A stretch of DNA of 54,784 nucleotides, filler included, from Sphacelaria rigidula (taxonomy: Eukaryota), in NCBI GenBank assembly GCA_964200075.2. It is 5 parts of 5 records of this genome, joined end to end, with 100 filler letters (N's around TTAATTAATTAA, not from the genome) between each part and the next. Parts side by side here need not be neighbours in the genome. Positions count along the whole stretch, not along the records: positions 32,935 to 43,810 come from CAXNAA020005753.1; positions 43,911 to 54,784 come from CAXNAA020005754.1; 3 more parts are not named here. The stretch is one strand, 5' to 3'. Shown here piece after piece: positions 34,689 through 47,354 of this stretch. A program made the translations under genes and the position numbers. A model generated the notes under the pieces. That model had not been told where the DNA came from, searched no databases, and saw only the letters and a list, made by a program, of their open reading frames with translations. Positions within the stretch are counted from its first letter, which is position 1. Every line of letters begins with the position of its first letter.

Positions 34689-37600
34689 ACGGGAGTAGCT
34701 TTCTGCCGCGAACTGTCCCTCACCTCCGGTCGCCTTGGTCTGGCCGGCTGCCGCCTGTTGGACAACAGTCAACTCAAGCTGGGGCGGGCTTTGAAGGGCG
34801 ACGAGGTTCGTAATTCCTGGCTTTTTTTTATGAACATTGACACTGCATCCGTACTTGGAACATGAAATGCATAATCCAGGGGCGGTACCAAACCCGAACC
34901 TCGATTTACGCTGTAAACATTGCTCCTGTAAACATTGCTCTGTACCGTCATCATATCTCACTGACGGAGATCTCGACGGGGTTTTTCCAGCGACACGAGA
35001 TTCTTCGTATAATCGGCCGATAACATTGGTGCTATGTCCTCTGTGTGACACCTGCGATAACCCTAACCAGAGCATCTATTATTTCCCGCACGACATCAGC
35101 AACATCCACGGTGTACGAATATTTTGTGGATAGCCCGAAGGACGGTTACGAATTTGAAAACCTGAATGCCCTGCATGTATAATGTGTATGTAGGTATGTA
35201 CGTTTTGCCGAAGACGTTTGCGTCGAACTATTGGCTCTTGGCTTATACTTTTGTTTATTGGGCGCGCGGGGGAGTGTTTCTTGAACATTTCCAGGCAAGT
35301 TTATGTATCGTCTCTGGGCAGGAATTCTACTTGCCCGTGACCCGGCTGGTGGGAAGGACGTGAGGATCGAGGAGCGGCGGTTGTGTAGACAAGATTACAG
35401 TACAACTCTTGGAGAGATTGATGGAATATCTCATGAGAAGTAGACGAAAGAGCGGGATATGTGAAACAAGGCAATATTGTAAGTTCCACACACGCCTGAT
35501 AAATTATACCTGCGAGACTCGTCGTTTCTGTTGAGCTAGCGTACGTGCCGATATCGCCTCCCTCCCCACGACCAAACCGAAATGCAAAACGAAACGACAC
35601 CAAACTGCGGAACAACTCTGAAGCAGTCGGAGACAGCAGGGTCATCTGGCGTGTTGGCAGCAGTGTTGGCAACAGTAAAGGGTCTCACTCCTGCGGCGCA
35701 GCTCTTGTACATCCGGACGGTGAAGGGCTGGGATCTCCGAGGAATGTCAGCCGTTACCATCGTTTTCGAGGGTTCGAGGCTCGAGGTGTCTATCCAAAAG
35801 AAGCAGGTGTGGATATGTGTGCGTCTGTAAGCTTGTGTGAACGTTGCATCGTTACATGATGGTGGATGACGTACCCTTGCTCTTGTGTTGGTGGTTGATC
35901 GCGGTTTCGACGTCGAGCCTTTCATTTTCTCATGTTTCTCAGCACTCGGTGGATCACGACGATATCCGCGGCATCACCTCTTGTACGGCGTCCTTACCGG
36001 AGGATCTGGCAGGGGCTTGTCGAGGTTCTCTAGGGGGCGGGACTACTAGTTCTTCGCGTGCCGTCTGTCAGTTTTATGCCCGCTTTCTCCTTTTCACTAC
36101 TTGCCCCTTTTCTCGAGGTTCCCCGAGTCGGTGTTTTCGTTTGTTGTACTTTGAGGGACATCGTTTTTACAACAGCGGCTGGATTAATTCATAGCTACTG
36201 GATATACTAGGCATACTTCAGGTATTCGACACACTATACATACTATACATACTGTTATAGACGGTAGACGAAAAATAACTCGATGAAAGTCGACTAGCTT
36301 CGGGAGTGTTGCTATTGCAGTCGTGATCCAGCGCTCTGAATGATGTTGCACGGCAGTTAGGTGCCAGGGAACATATGGTATGGTCCCTTGAGGCGGGGGA
36401 GATATCCCGAGGAAGGGGGGAGAGGGGGTTACAAGAGTGCGGCGGACGAAAAAAGAGAAGATAAGATAGGGGCATGATCAGTTGCATCAGTTGCTGCGAG
36501 ACTATCAATCAATCAAGAGATTACGTACACACACATATGCACGCATGCGCATGCACTCGCCTCTTGCCTGGCGGATGCGATCTACTGGCACTTCCACGCT
36601 TCGACGGTGTCACGCAGGTATCTAAGATCGCAAGAGCGCACGGGGGACTGTCCGGAGGAGCAAGCGCTGGCAAGTCTGGGTATGATCTCACGTTCGCCAT
36701 CGCTTATCTGAGGGACTTCGCGCTGCTGTTCCATGTGCTGGGAGAGTCTTTCGAGACGTTCGTTTCGTGGTCGGCCTTGGAAGGGCTGTGCGAGAGGGTG
36801 AGCCATTTTCTGTTTTTTGTGATGCCGTGCTTGATACCCTTCTTGCTCTTGGGTTCTCCGTTACTTTCTCCTCGTTGTTTCTTTTGTTTCTTTTGTTGGT
36901 TTGGTATGGTTCTTCTCATGCCAAAAAATCTTTGTTTTTCCTCCTGTGAAGTGCCTACTTTTACCCTCCGGCACGCTCTCCCGCGCGAAATAAATAGCCA
37001 GATAGACTGCGCAACCTCGGAGGGACGTCCTGTACCCTTTACTCTCTACAGTACGAGGGTTCCTGTTCGGCTTTCAGCTGAAAAATATAATGCGCACGGT
37101 TTCCCATCATTGATGGAAAATGCACGCGAAAACAATTCGTGTTGCGCCAAGAAACGGCTTTGAGACAGTGATAGTTTCATTCGTTTTTTCCCTCTTTAAT
37201 TTTATTTTCACATGAACAGACGTACATTCGGTTGTTCTTGTTCTCGTATTCCTCTTGCAACGGATCGAGAGTCAGCACTCTATGTCGCCGCACTTGTTCT
37301 TATTTTTTCGGAGGTGATGACGGGTTACGCATTTTTTTGTCGCCATCACAATATATTCGACGTAGGTTTACCCCAACCCCTCGCTTCGAACCCATGGCTG
37401 TAACCATGGGTTGTACACCTCTTTTTTTTGTCAAAATTCTAACCTATCCCTCATGATGACCCCCATAGACCAAGGATTCTCGGGCAACGTTAGTGCCATA
37501 GGTGGTTCGGCAAATTGTGCGCCGCCAGAACTTAGATCGGCGCTTTATGCGCCATTTGAGCCAAGACGCGTGCTTTGCATGCTGGGCGATGACTTGGGAC

Positions 37601-40600
37601 TGTCAGCCCCCCTGAAGATTTGGGGGCGATGACCAACACTAGCCGCAGCTATGCGTCAGCCGCGGACTAGGTGTGTCGGGTTTGCCTGAACTGTACTGGC
37701 GTACTTGGCGTGGTTTTTGTGGAGTGTGAGGTGAAAAGGTAGTTTGACATTCTGAGGGTTTGGCTGAGGAGGTTATTACCTATGTGCGACGTGGGCCCCC
37801 ATTCCCCACCCCAGCAAAACGCATATCAAGTGTATCGACTCCTTGATATCGCCCGAAGATGATAAAAGTATACATTGTGGAATTTAATTTTTTCATGGGT
37901 GAACATCATACCGACTGGAGCGATGGACAAGGCACTCCGGCCGCTTTATAGTAGAGGTTCACCCGATGCCAGCTCAGGTGCGTCAATGTTCTGTTGAATG
38001 AGCATCCTTGTCCACTTGAACAACGACGCCCGTCAAACTCAGAAGCCCGCGTAACCGATCGATTCATTGATCGATTGATCGCCACACATGAATTGATCCG
38101 CTACAAAGCACGCCCTGGTCATCATCCACAACGTAGACGTACCCGAGGCATTGTAGGTGAACGCAAGCTCTCGAAGGGAAAACGAGGAGGGCGGGAACAA
38201 AGCCTCAAAACACTAGAACACACTATAGAACATTGTGGAGCGAGAACGTGAAATAAAAGGGCAAACTCGGCAGGACCCTGTGGCATGGTTCCGAAAGAGG
38301 AAACTCACCTGCGGGCAAGGAAAAGGTTAAGATGAACGCCAAACATTTCACAGAGCTTTTGCTCATCCATGCATTGTTTCCTTTTATTGTACAGGTGAAG
38401 AAAAGGGTGGGGTGGGAGCACAGGTCCTTGGGTCTCCGGGGACACGCGTTCGTGACGCATAGGGTGACGCAGCTGTATCCGGAGGGAGCATGTGTGTATT
38501 TTTACCTCGCCATTTACGCAGAGGTACGTTTGCTTTTGAAGCGCTGGAGCTGTAGCGACCATGATCGGCTCTGTGAGGGGGTATACTTATGGGTTATTGG
38601 TATGCCCCGTCCGGTTGAGTGTCTACCTGGATTACACCTTAAATATTGCCGTCGCAGTACAGTGGAAGCGGAAGGGTATGTGATGGTGTCAGCAGTATAT
38701 GTGGTCATCATGCGAGTACGAACATTGTACCACACACAGCAGAATGATGCAGGGACAAGAGCAATCGTGAACCCCGCTCCCTCAACCATGGGAGAACGCT
38801 ACTGCTGACCCTTTGAGTAAATTTTCTCGAAACTGTAATTTACTATCACTCCTGCTTATCATCTTTGTCCATCTAGCGTGTATCTTCGCCTGCAAAATCG
38901 TCCTCCAAAGACCGGCGGGACTGTCAGCCACCGTAGTCGTAGAACGAAAACCATGGATATTCAACGGGTTAACAAGCGAAGAAAGTACTGAAAATTATAC
39001 GAGGTACTAGTAGAGGTCAGCAGCAAGATCGCTCCCATCTCTCGGGTTTTCTACGGGCTGTGTGGTACATTTTCGTGGGGCTGGCGTGGCTCAGGGTTCC
39101 AGGGCTTCCATGACGGAGGAAGAAGAGCCAAGGGTTTCAACTGCTGATTTCCCATGCCCGATGATCATCTCTTCGCGTGCGGACTTGATCGGAAAAAAAA
39201 GTCTGGGATTTCACGAAGGTGTTTGAGTTGACGGACGTGCCCTCGTGACCTATTTGCTTTCCGTAGCTGTGTCGTTTGCATACTGTATTGTACTCGGATG
39301 CAATCGAGGTGCAGAAACCAGACTTTCGTATATAGGCGTATTGCAGCAAAGAAACGATTGTTGTGGATGTTGCCGCTAAACATCAGGGGCTCCTAGAGAT
39401 CCTGGCTTATTCGCTCCCCTGTAAATCCCAATAGTACGACGGGACATACCTGTGCGTTGACCGCGTCAAAACCGTTTCATATCGCAATACAGCGATGGTA
39501 GTTCGACATTTGTTGCTGTGTTCGCGCGGCGCTGAACCACGTGCATGTCACTATCATTTTCAGGGTGTTCGGGACCCTCCTGGTGTGTTCGCTAAGCTCG
39601 AGGAAGCGGCGAGAGACGAAATTCTGGCTTCAGGAGGATCGCTCAGTCACCACCATGGCGTTGGCAAGGCCAGAGCAGGTGAAACTAGACCAGATTCCTG
39701 GTTGCAGCAAGCGCTCATCATTAGCAACGGGCGCACTGTGTGCGTGTCGCACGGAAGCCCTAGGTGGTGTGTGCTACAAAAGTAGAATCACGACAAGTAC
39801 AGGCATGCCGAACACCGTTTACTGGAAGAACGACGAACAGCACGGGCCAGTATTATATGACCAACAGTTCGGACCAGTATTATACAAAGAACAGTACGGA
39901 GCGGTATTATGCAACGAACAGTACGAACCAGAATAATAGGGAAACACATAACCTTAACATTTATTGCTTATTTTCAGTCGATACGCATGGTACCCTGAAA
40001 TGCTCAGCATCTTCGGCAGCGGAAAGCCCAGGTACGACGTAGCATACGCTACGTACGGCAACCGATACCGTCGATACACTGCGGCAATGTCTTCACCCTT
40101 CGCCGTATTCGCCGTTTAGAGGTGGTAAATGCCAACGGTCCATAGTTGTTTCATGTTGCATCCTGAAGTGAAAGAAAATAAATCAAGAAGTTCTATGCAC
40201 GTTACACGTTTACGTTCACGTTGCGTTCATCGCGGCTGTAAATTTCGAATTCACAATACGTTTCGTTTGGCACTTGAAAGAAAATGACGTTGTGTGAACG
40301 TTCCATTCGAAAATTTTGCGTTACGTTCCCTTACATATAACCTAATATTCATCGTTTCATGGGACGTTTAACGTCTAATATAACGGTCCACTGACATGTG
40401 CAACGTTCGAATGCAACGGTTCATTCTGTGCATGTCGCGGCTCATTTACCGGTGTTTGAGGCGTTGTTACGTGTCATTTATCGCGTGACGTTACCACTTA
40501 CGCGTCGCTGACATACGTACGCGTCGCTGACAGTGGCCCGTCGTAGGTTTGAGCGCAGGCGCATTATCTGATTGTGTGACGTTACTTTCCCCACGGTCTA

Positions 40601-42496
40601 TCGTTCGTTCGTTTTTGACCTTTATATTTTCATTTGTCCTCTTTTCTCCGCATGTTACTCTTTTAGCTGTTTAATTTTCGAGTGTTTGGTCACTCGCACG
40701 ACAGCACATACTTGACACACAACAGATCGTGAACATGATTTAACGCCGCCTTGAGTCGTGTTGGGTACACTTGGTTCTATTTATGTTTACATGTATACAT
40801 GGACAAGTAAGATAGTCCATCACGGTCGTCAAGGGCAAACGTACGTATGTATGTATATGTGTTTATGTGACAGATTTACACCGCGGTCCAGGAAATCAAC
40901 GTATTTATCTAGCTTGACAAGCGTTTGTTTTACTGCACGCAGACTAATGGATTTTTCCATTTGAAAATGTAATGTTCACCTTACATTACGTTCACCACGC
41001 GAAAAAAAATCAAAGCTCGCGTTACGTTTTGTCCAAAACGTAATGTATATCGTTGTGTCACGTGTTACGTGTAGAGCCCTCCCTGGTTTATTTGAAGCAC
41101 AATATTCTAGGATTTCAAAATTCATCGCAAACTTGAAGTGTGCATCGCTTCATGTAACGTGTTTATGACGTGTCATGTAACGTGCAACGTAATATGAAAC
41201 GTTTCATGTCACGTGAAACGTCTAATGCACGTTGAACGTGTAATAGACGTTACACGTCATATGAACCGTTTCATGTTACGTGTTTCGAACGTTTGGAAAG
41301 TTAAATGTTCATGTTATGTTTCGTCTGGCACCTTGAAAACATTCACGTTTTGTTCGGCACGTGAGAAAATTTGAACGTTCACGTTACGTTTCGACCAAAA
41401 CGTAACGTCAACGTAGCTCGTAACGCTGTGACACGTCTAACGTGCGAAGGCCTGGAATAAAGTAGCAGTCAGAAACGCTGATGGCTCATTTTTCCCGGTC
41501 AAGTATCTTACTCCATCACACCATTCAGTAGCGGTGGGCGTGATGAGAGAGTCCCCACACCTTGCTTGCACTTCCCAGAGGTTTTGCCGCGTCGGTGCAT
41601 AATACGCGGCAACTACTCATCGTTATCACCGTCCCATAGCTGGGTTGTTGGCCCTGCTCTCAGTTGCGTAGGATCCAAAACTCCTGACAGGCGGGACCTC
41701 TGAACGTGCTCGCAAACGTTTTCATCCGTGTCCTACATCACCCTCGCCCTTCCCCTTCCGCACTTCCATGTCCTCGCGAGCCCTGTGAACCTTGTGAGCT
41801 TTGCCGGTTCTCTCGGAGGTAAAACCTCATGACACAAGATACAACTTTCATTTTTGGAACAGCTGGGTGCGTGTGAAGATCCGAGGGAAACCACGCTGTC
41901 TCACCGCCGCCCCACGTTGTTGAACGTACACCACCCCCCCCTCCTCTACAGGATGGAAGAGTAAGCGCTAGGTAGGCACACCACGAGTGCAATGAAACAA
42001 ACCACGTTGCAATTTAACAAACCACGTTCCAGATCCCAGAACGGCTTCGTGGGGGATATGGTTTATGAAAAATCACAGTAGTTCCGAGTATGGCTTGAGC
42101 GAGAAGTGTATAATTGTTCTACATTGATTGCTGCGCCATGTAGAGTTGGACGCCAAACCGGTACGTGTGGAAACACAACAATGATCCTCAGCAACGCACA
42201 CGAGCGTTCAACCTCACCGACACGTGACTCTGTAATACTTTGGTGTTGCAGCTTTCCTCTCCTCACCCCCGTCCCCCGCTACTGACTGGGCCCTGTGACT
42301 GTGTTCTTTCGCTTACTTCCGGTGACTGCTGGTCTGGTCGTGCGGTATCTGTCGTCTCGTGCTCTGTGTCTTGTCAGATTTCATGTCCAGGGTGTCATCT
42401 CCAGTCATGTCTGAGCTGGTGCAAGGCATGAAGCGAGCGCTCGATCCGGCTAATGTGCTTGCTGCCAGAAACCACCTTTTCGCTCCTCAGGCGTAA
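34689..42496 (+). CDS. AGPS: 5'-partial alkyldihydroxyacetonephosphate synthase (FAD-linked oxidase C-terminal half); exons 34689-34805, 35627(or 35624)-35806, 36618-36797, 38395-38523, 39564-39678, 42378-42496
   Basis: Phase-consistent GT-AG exons give [90 protein letters not shown] and [11 protein letters not shown], then TAA at 42496. These are hallmark AGPS motifs. Confidence 0.92.
39832..39939. repeat. 27-bp minisatellite x4 (intronic)
   Basis: gacgaacagcacgggccagtattatat / gaccaacagttcggaccagtattatac / aaagaacagtacggagcggtattatgc / aacgaacagtacgaaccagaataatag. Confidence 0.85.
40190..41455. mobile_element. ACGT-motif-rich non-autonomous DNA element(s) in the last AGPS intron
   Basis: Dense ACGT/AACGTT/CACGT motifs at 40190-40520 and 40965-41455. 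The end motif TTACGTTT...CCAAAACGTAA...CACGT..ACGTG...CCTGG occurs twice (~41022-41085 and ~41384-41455) and is roughly inverse to the start TCTATGCACGTTACACGT. Confidence 0.55.
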
Positions 42497-42504
42497 CGAC
42501 CCGT

Positions 42505-42555
42505 GGGTTGAGGGTAATGTTGAGGTTGAGCTTAGGGTTGGGGTTCGAGGTTCGA
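42505..42555 (+). repeat. Degenerate (TTAGGG)n-like interstitial repeat
   Basis: gggttgagggtaatgttgaggttgagcttagggttggggtt. Confidence 0.45.
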
Positions 42556-43810
42556 CCGCGTGGTGTACGTACGTGCTTTCACACACTACGCTCGTATGAA
42601 CAAAACCCGCCGTAGAGCGTACATCCCAACGAAGAATTTCGCTGGACTTGAGATGTGTGTCTCCGGGGAGCTTACACTGTATGGGTATCAAGACGCCAGT
42701 CGCAAAGAGTCAAGTTGGCTTAGAATTGACTGAAAAATCGATTAAATACCACTTTGTTGGCAATCGGAATTTCCTTTGTAGTGGTGTAGTAGTCGGGCCT
42801 GTGACAAGTGCTTTCGTCCGTGCTGTGGTGCAGCACCGCACTTCAGCGGACATGGTTGCGCTGGGGCACCGTGCTGTACCTGTACTTTGTGTTCAAAAGA
42901 GTAAATTAACGTCGGAAAGAAGCTGCCTTCAATCGGCTGCTGTGGATATTTCTACTGCACTAGCGTACTCCCAACTGGTACACGTGCGAGCTTTTTATGT
43001 CTTGGGGGTGTAGCCTTGACGGCGCCGAGCGCCCTCTCGTCTAGTGTGTAATATAGCGTGCACCGTACGCATGCCACCGTAGCGTGCGAGAACCTCACTC
43101 TTCCGACGTCATGACGAGGTATCGCCCCGTTGCTCGCGAAAGGATCAGGGCATCTCTACGACATGGAAATGCGACTCCATTTTTGCGGTATGATTTTTGC
43201 GGTATGATATCTGCGAATCGGTTTTTGCTAGATTTTTCCACTTTGAAACTCCTATCGATTTTGGTTTTTAGGTGAAACCTTTGTAAAACAGAAACTAAAC
43301 GCATCTTGCTCCAAGGGGCACCTGGACACAGCAGTTGCTGCTGCCCACCTAGTATCATCCTCCAAATCGAAGTCTTGAGGGGGAACGCCCAGCGTTTGGT
43401 GCCCATGTACAAGGATGATCTACATCTAGCATCATGCTCCACAACGTACCCGACAAGAGGGCAACATCCCGGTACAGACAGTAGCAATGCTAGCGGATTC
43501 CACGTCCTGACAGTCTTGCAGCCGGCAAGGTGATTATGGTAGTGTCCTTCTAGCGATATCAACTTACAGTGAACTGGAGCAGAGTTTGGAGGTTAATATT
43601 TCGGCGATTGACTCACCTGCAGTTCGCCCAGCTGCTGCGGATGTATCGGTTCGTTCGGAGAATTCCCTTGTCTAGTGGCGGTCTCTGGTGTACTGTGACA
43701 GTCTTTACATTATGTGCCTAGGTTCTGGTGGCTTGTTTTACAGCGCCGTTGCCACTCGACGCTATTCCCAGGAGTGTAAAGGTGGATTTCTCGTATAACA
43801 AGGAGGGGGG

Positions 43811-43910
43811 NNNNNNNNNNNNNNNNNNNNNNNNNNNNNNNNNNNNNNNNNNNNTTAATTAATTAANNNNNNNNNNNNNNNNNNNNNNNNNNNNNNNNNN
43901 NNNNNNNNNN
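43811..43910. other. Artificial contig spacer
   Basis: N44-TTAATTAATTAA-N44. Confidence 0.98.
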
Positions 43911-44030
43911 CACATGGTCTACGCAACTACGGTTTGGTCTGAATCCTGCTTGTCCCTCGCTGATTTTGTCTTCTGTCTCTAGCATCATTCCTATTCTCTC
44001 GTTCAGAATCTTACAGAATGTTGTTCCTCG
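43911..44030 (-). mobile_element. Non-LTR retrotransposon (LINE) reverse transcriptase fragment, cut by the contig end
   Basis: TFCKILNERIGMMLETEDKISEGQAGFRPNRSCVDHV contains the K-I-L-x-x-R ... QAGFRxxRS motif of LINE RT domains. Confidence 0.85.
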
Positions 44031-45046
44031 GGGGGACGGGGGGGGGGAGAGGGGGGCGATACTGCGTGACTTCATCAACTTCCTTCTTCGCTGGACGGTG
44101 TACTAAATGCTGTTTTTTTCGCAGCTATCTTGAGTCCATCTTCGCTGCTGTTGTGTGGCCCCAGTAGTAGATCGAGTTTGATCACACTATTCAATCCGCC
44201 CAACAACGTCGACCAATCATCACCCAACCATCAAATAACCAACCAACCAGTCTATCTACAGTATCTATCTATCTATATATCTATCTCTGTTCCTCTCAAA
44301 TCCATCGATCAATCAATCAGAAGTTACTTGTTGACTCACCACTCTGGTAGTCTGGTAGTCTGACACGTCTCTGCTGGAATTCACATGTCCAGTGGCGATA
44401 TATAACGTTTGGAGAGAATGTTGAGAACCCTAGTGGTATCCAGGGACCCTCGCTGAATCATTCACTGACTACATAACGTACTGCCTGTCGTCCGCACACA
44501 CCTTGAAAAGGCTGCAAGAGCTTCCCACAAAGGGCAAGTACGAAACTGATAAACCGCATCGAATGTAGTTTCAAATCTGGCCTGATTAGGGTACGGCGTA
44601 GGTTGGTTGAGAAGTCCTCGTTTGCACATAGGTTGTGCGAGCTGAGTGAGGTATTTTCCGTTTGTTCCAAGGTGCGGGTGCGGCATTATATCCCGAGTAC
44701 AGGGACAGTGTTCGAGGCGTCTCCTGACCGTTGCGCGATTACCTACAAACAGTGGTACTTTTTGTGGGCAAAAAACATAAACTTATACCTTTTTAAGACT
44801 AAAGCCCAAATATGTGTGTATATAATCGCTGCGATAAGCGTCAGATCTCGCCGTCCGTACCCCGTTATGAAGACGCGTATATCAAGTCGGCGGTGCACAT
44901 CCACAACCTTGGAAACTACCTTGAAGTATGTTCTTACAGCATAACCTACGCACATGCCTTCTCGTCGAGATATGTAGTATGTAAATAACGTCTTGATTAC
45001 AGTGTGTGTCGATTGCAGTGCACCGACAAAGGAGAATATCGATCAC

Positions 45047-45390
45047 TGTGGGTGTTGTTATCCCCTCTATTCTGGACGCCAGTCTACACCCTTCGGTATA
45101 TGTGGGCGTATCAGGCGGGGTCATCGGAGTAATGTCAACACAGAAGTTTCTTTCTAGTACTCCATCTTCCTTCTGCGGTTTCTGCTTTACTCTTTATTGC
45201 GATAAGGGTTGGGGGTCGCTTTGCCCCGTCGACCATGAAGTCGGACTTCGTGTACTCACGACACAGTCGCTCTCCACTGTTGGTCATGATCTGAGAAAAC
45301 ATCTCAGGTCGTGCGGCTTCACCGAGATTCGAACTCACGTCCCAACGGTCAAAGGGTTTCAAGGTTACGAACTGAGCCACCGAGGCGACC
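45047..45390 (-). mobile_element. Full-length tRNA-derived SINE, second copy
   Basis: Minus strand reads GGTCGCCTCGGTGGCTCAGTTCG...GAGTTCGAATCTCGG...AACAGTGGAGAGCGAC...GGGTGTAGACTGGCGTCCAGAATA...ACAACACCCACA; colinear with 15893-16240. Confidence 0.8.
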
Positions 45391-45572
45391 GGCGGTACAG
45401 CGATTGTTTTTCACGACAGCAAGTGTGACATAGTTATATCATGGCTTTACAATGTAGTTCATAGCAAATTTCGTCATCCCTGACCGTCAATATATATTTG
45501 TACAACGACTGCACCATATTGCGGCGTGGTCTGAGGTGCATTCGTCGTGGTACTTACGTCCCCATTTCTCAG

Positions 45573-47354
45573 CGTTCGAAGTTTACCCCGCAACGGTGTC
45601 GCTTGGACAAGTGGAGCTGGGCCGCAGATACCCGTTGAAGCTACACGTGGCCAATGTAGGAGGGAGATCAGGAAGGTTTCGTGTGGACTGTGATAGTGCC
45701 GGTGTTGGCAGCACAGGAGGGGAAGGGTGAGTCTGGAGTGCTTTTCATGCTAGGATAGGGGAGGGGGCGTGCTCATTTGCTGCTTGCCTCGGTCGTTTGA
45801 CCGCTAAGCTACGATAGGGGGGGTGGGGGGGGTGGGGGTATTATTTTGGGCCATTTCTTCCACAAAGTTCCACTTCAAATCGTCTTGAAAGCTGTAATAT
45901 GGTTGTTCGAACGCGCTCGTTACCGATAAACAACGCTCATTCATGTCCCCTTGATACCGACTTTACTCAAATACAAGCGCACCTCGAGTGTGGTGGTGGG
46001 TCGTCAGACACACCTATGAGCCCTTTTCGCGTGGAGTCAAACACCCTCATCCCCCCGCCCCTATCGCAGCATGACTGCAAGGTTCGATGGGAATGGCTGT
46101 AATCAAGAAGTTTGATGACCAGATACAGTTTTACACGCATTAGGAAAGTCTTGAGAGTCTGCAGCTCACGTGTACCAACAAAACATTCGAGAGTTCATGC
46201 GCCAGCAAGCGGCGAAGACCAGACTTGACGCTCATGGCTGAGAGAAATCGCTGAAACGGCGTTTCGATGTAGGCATTTTTTTGTTCGTGCGGGATGTGGT
46301 GTAACTACACTCACTCATGTTTTGTGACTCATGATCTTCACACTTGCCAACTATTATTGTCGCTCTCAGAGAGAAACAGGAAAGCCCTGAAAAAGTTTTC
46401 GCCATTATTTGCTCTTTTTACATCATGCACTAATAAGGTGCCTGCAAGTTGGAAAATACCCACATGGGAAGGTCGCCGCTGGGCTAGCGGTAACTGTGCC
46501 CGTTCAACTCGTGCCAAATCGCGCGGGGGTGCTCAAAGAGATCATGTCCTTCGTTGCTGAGGGCGGCACTACGGATGTCGTCGTCATGGCCGAGGTATGA
46601 TTCCACTGAATCAGTCGTTGCTTTTGGCTGCATCCACATTTACTCAAGTATATACGAAAATACAAGTCAGAAACACTGTTCGGCCACGCTCGGATCCAGG
46701 CGGCACAAGAACTCGATCCCCGTTGTGTTGTGTTGTCTTGTGGTGCATGTTATGGTACGTCTAGATAGAGCTGTTCGCGACCGATATCTCTCGCAAAATA
46801 GTCACCGTCTTTCATATCACTCCACGCCGTTTTTTTCGCTCTTAGACATTGCTATACGCTGTAGTCGCTCATTTTTTTATTATTGGGTTGTCCACATATG
46901 TCATGATCTGTTTGCTGCGTTGGAAGGTGCACGTGGCGTACTCATGTTGAGTGCATGTAGATCTGTTAGTTGAAAAACGTCACGGTTAGCAGACCATACA
47001 CTAATTCAATGTAAACAATTTTGAGACCAATATAAATGCCGCTTATTCTTGTTAATTTAGCCGACAGTTCACGACAAGATATATATATAAATTATATATA
47101 CATATGACATTACCCGCAGAGACCCAGTATTTGCAACATTAACACGTTTTTTGTTCTTGATATTTTCCATTAGTGCTTTGGTCATTGGACCATGGCTGCC
47201 AATGCGCCGCAGGTGTAGTTATTTCGCATCCCTCTCACACACCCCTTTTGCTTGTCACGTCGCATGCCATTTTTCCTTGCTTCAGGTGATGAAAAGGAAC
47301 GACGACCTGAAGTTACCTGAACATGAAAGGGGCGTGCGATCCGATCCTTCCTAG
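45573..47354 (+). CDS. 3' end of a gene with a flagella-associated PapD-like/ASH Ig-fold domain (SPAG17/PF6 C-terminus-like); exons 45573-45726, 46438-46594, 47286-47354
   Basis: Phases match (2, then 0) and the stop TAG is at 47354. FEVYPATVSLGQV...Y.L.L.VANVG...GRFRV...YPHGKVAAGLAVTVPVQL...EIMSFVAEGG...V.AEV matches the PapD-like domain pattern. Confidence 0.72.
45745..46074. mobile_element. MITE family C (~330 bp) in an intron
   Basis: TIRs TCATGCTAGGATAGGGG ... CCCCTATCGCAGCATGA. The same left end is at 54722. Confidence 0.75.

Noticed and set aside
36474-37163. 229-aa ORF as a single-exon gene
   Set aside because: Only 36618-36797 is AGPS-like; the flanks are intron read-through.
37605-37642. 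Helitron 3' end (GCCCCC..GGGGGC hairpin followed by CTAG)
   Set aside because: Single occurrence, short stem with a long loop, no T after CTAG and no matching 5' end.
24701-42496. Functional cluster or fusion of the TRP channel and AGPS (same strand)
   Set aside because: They are on different contigs separated by an artificial spacer.
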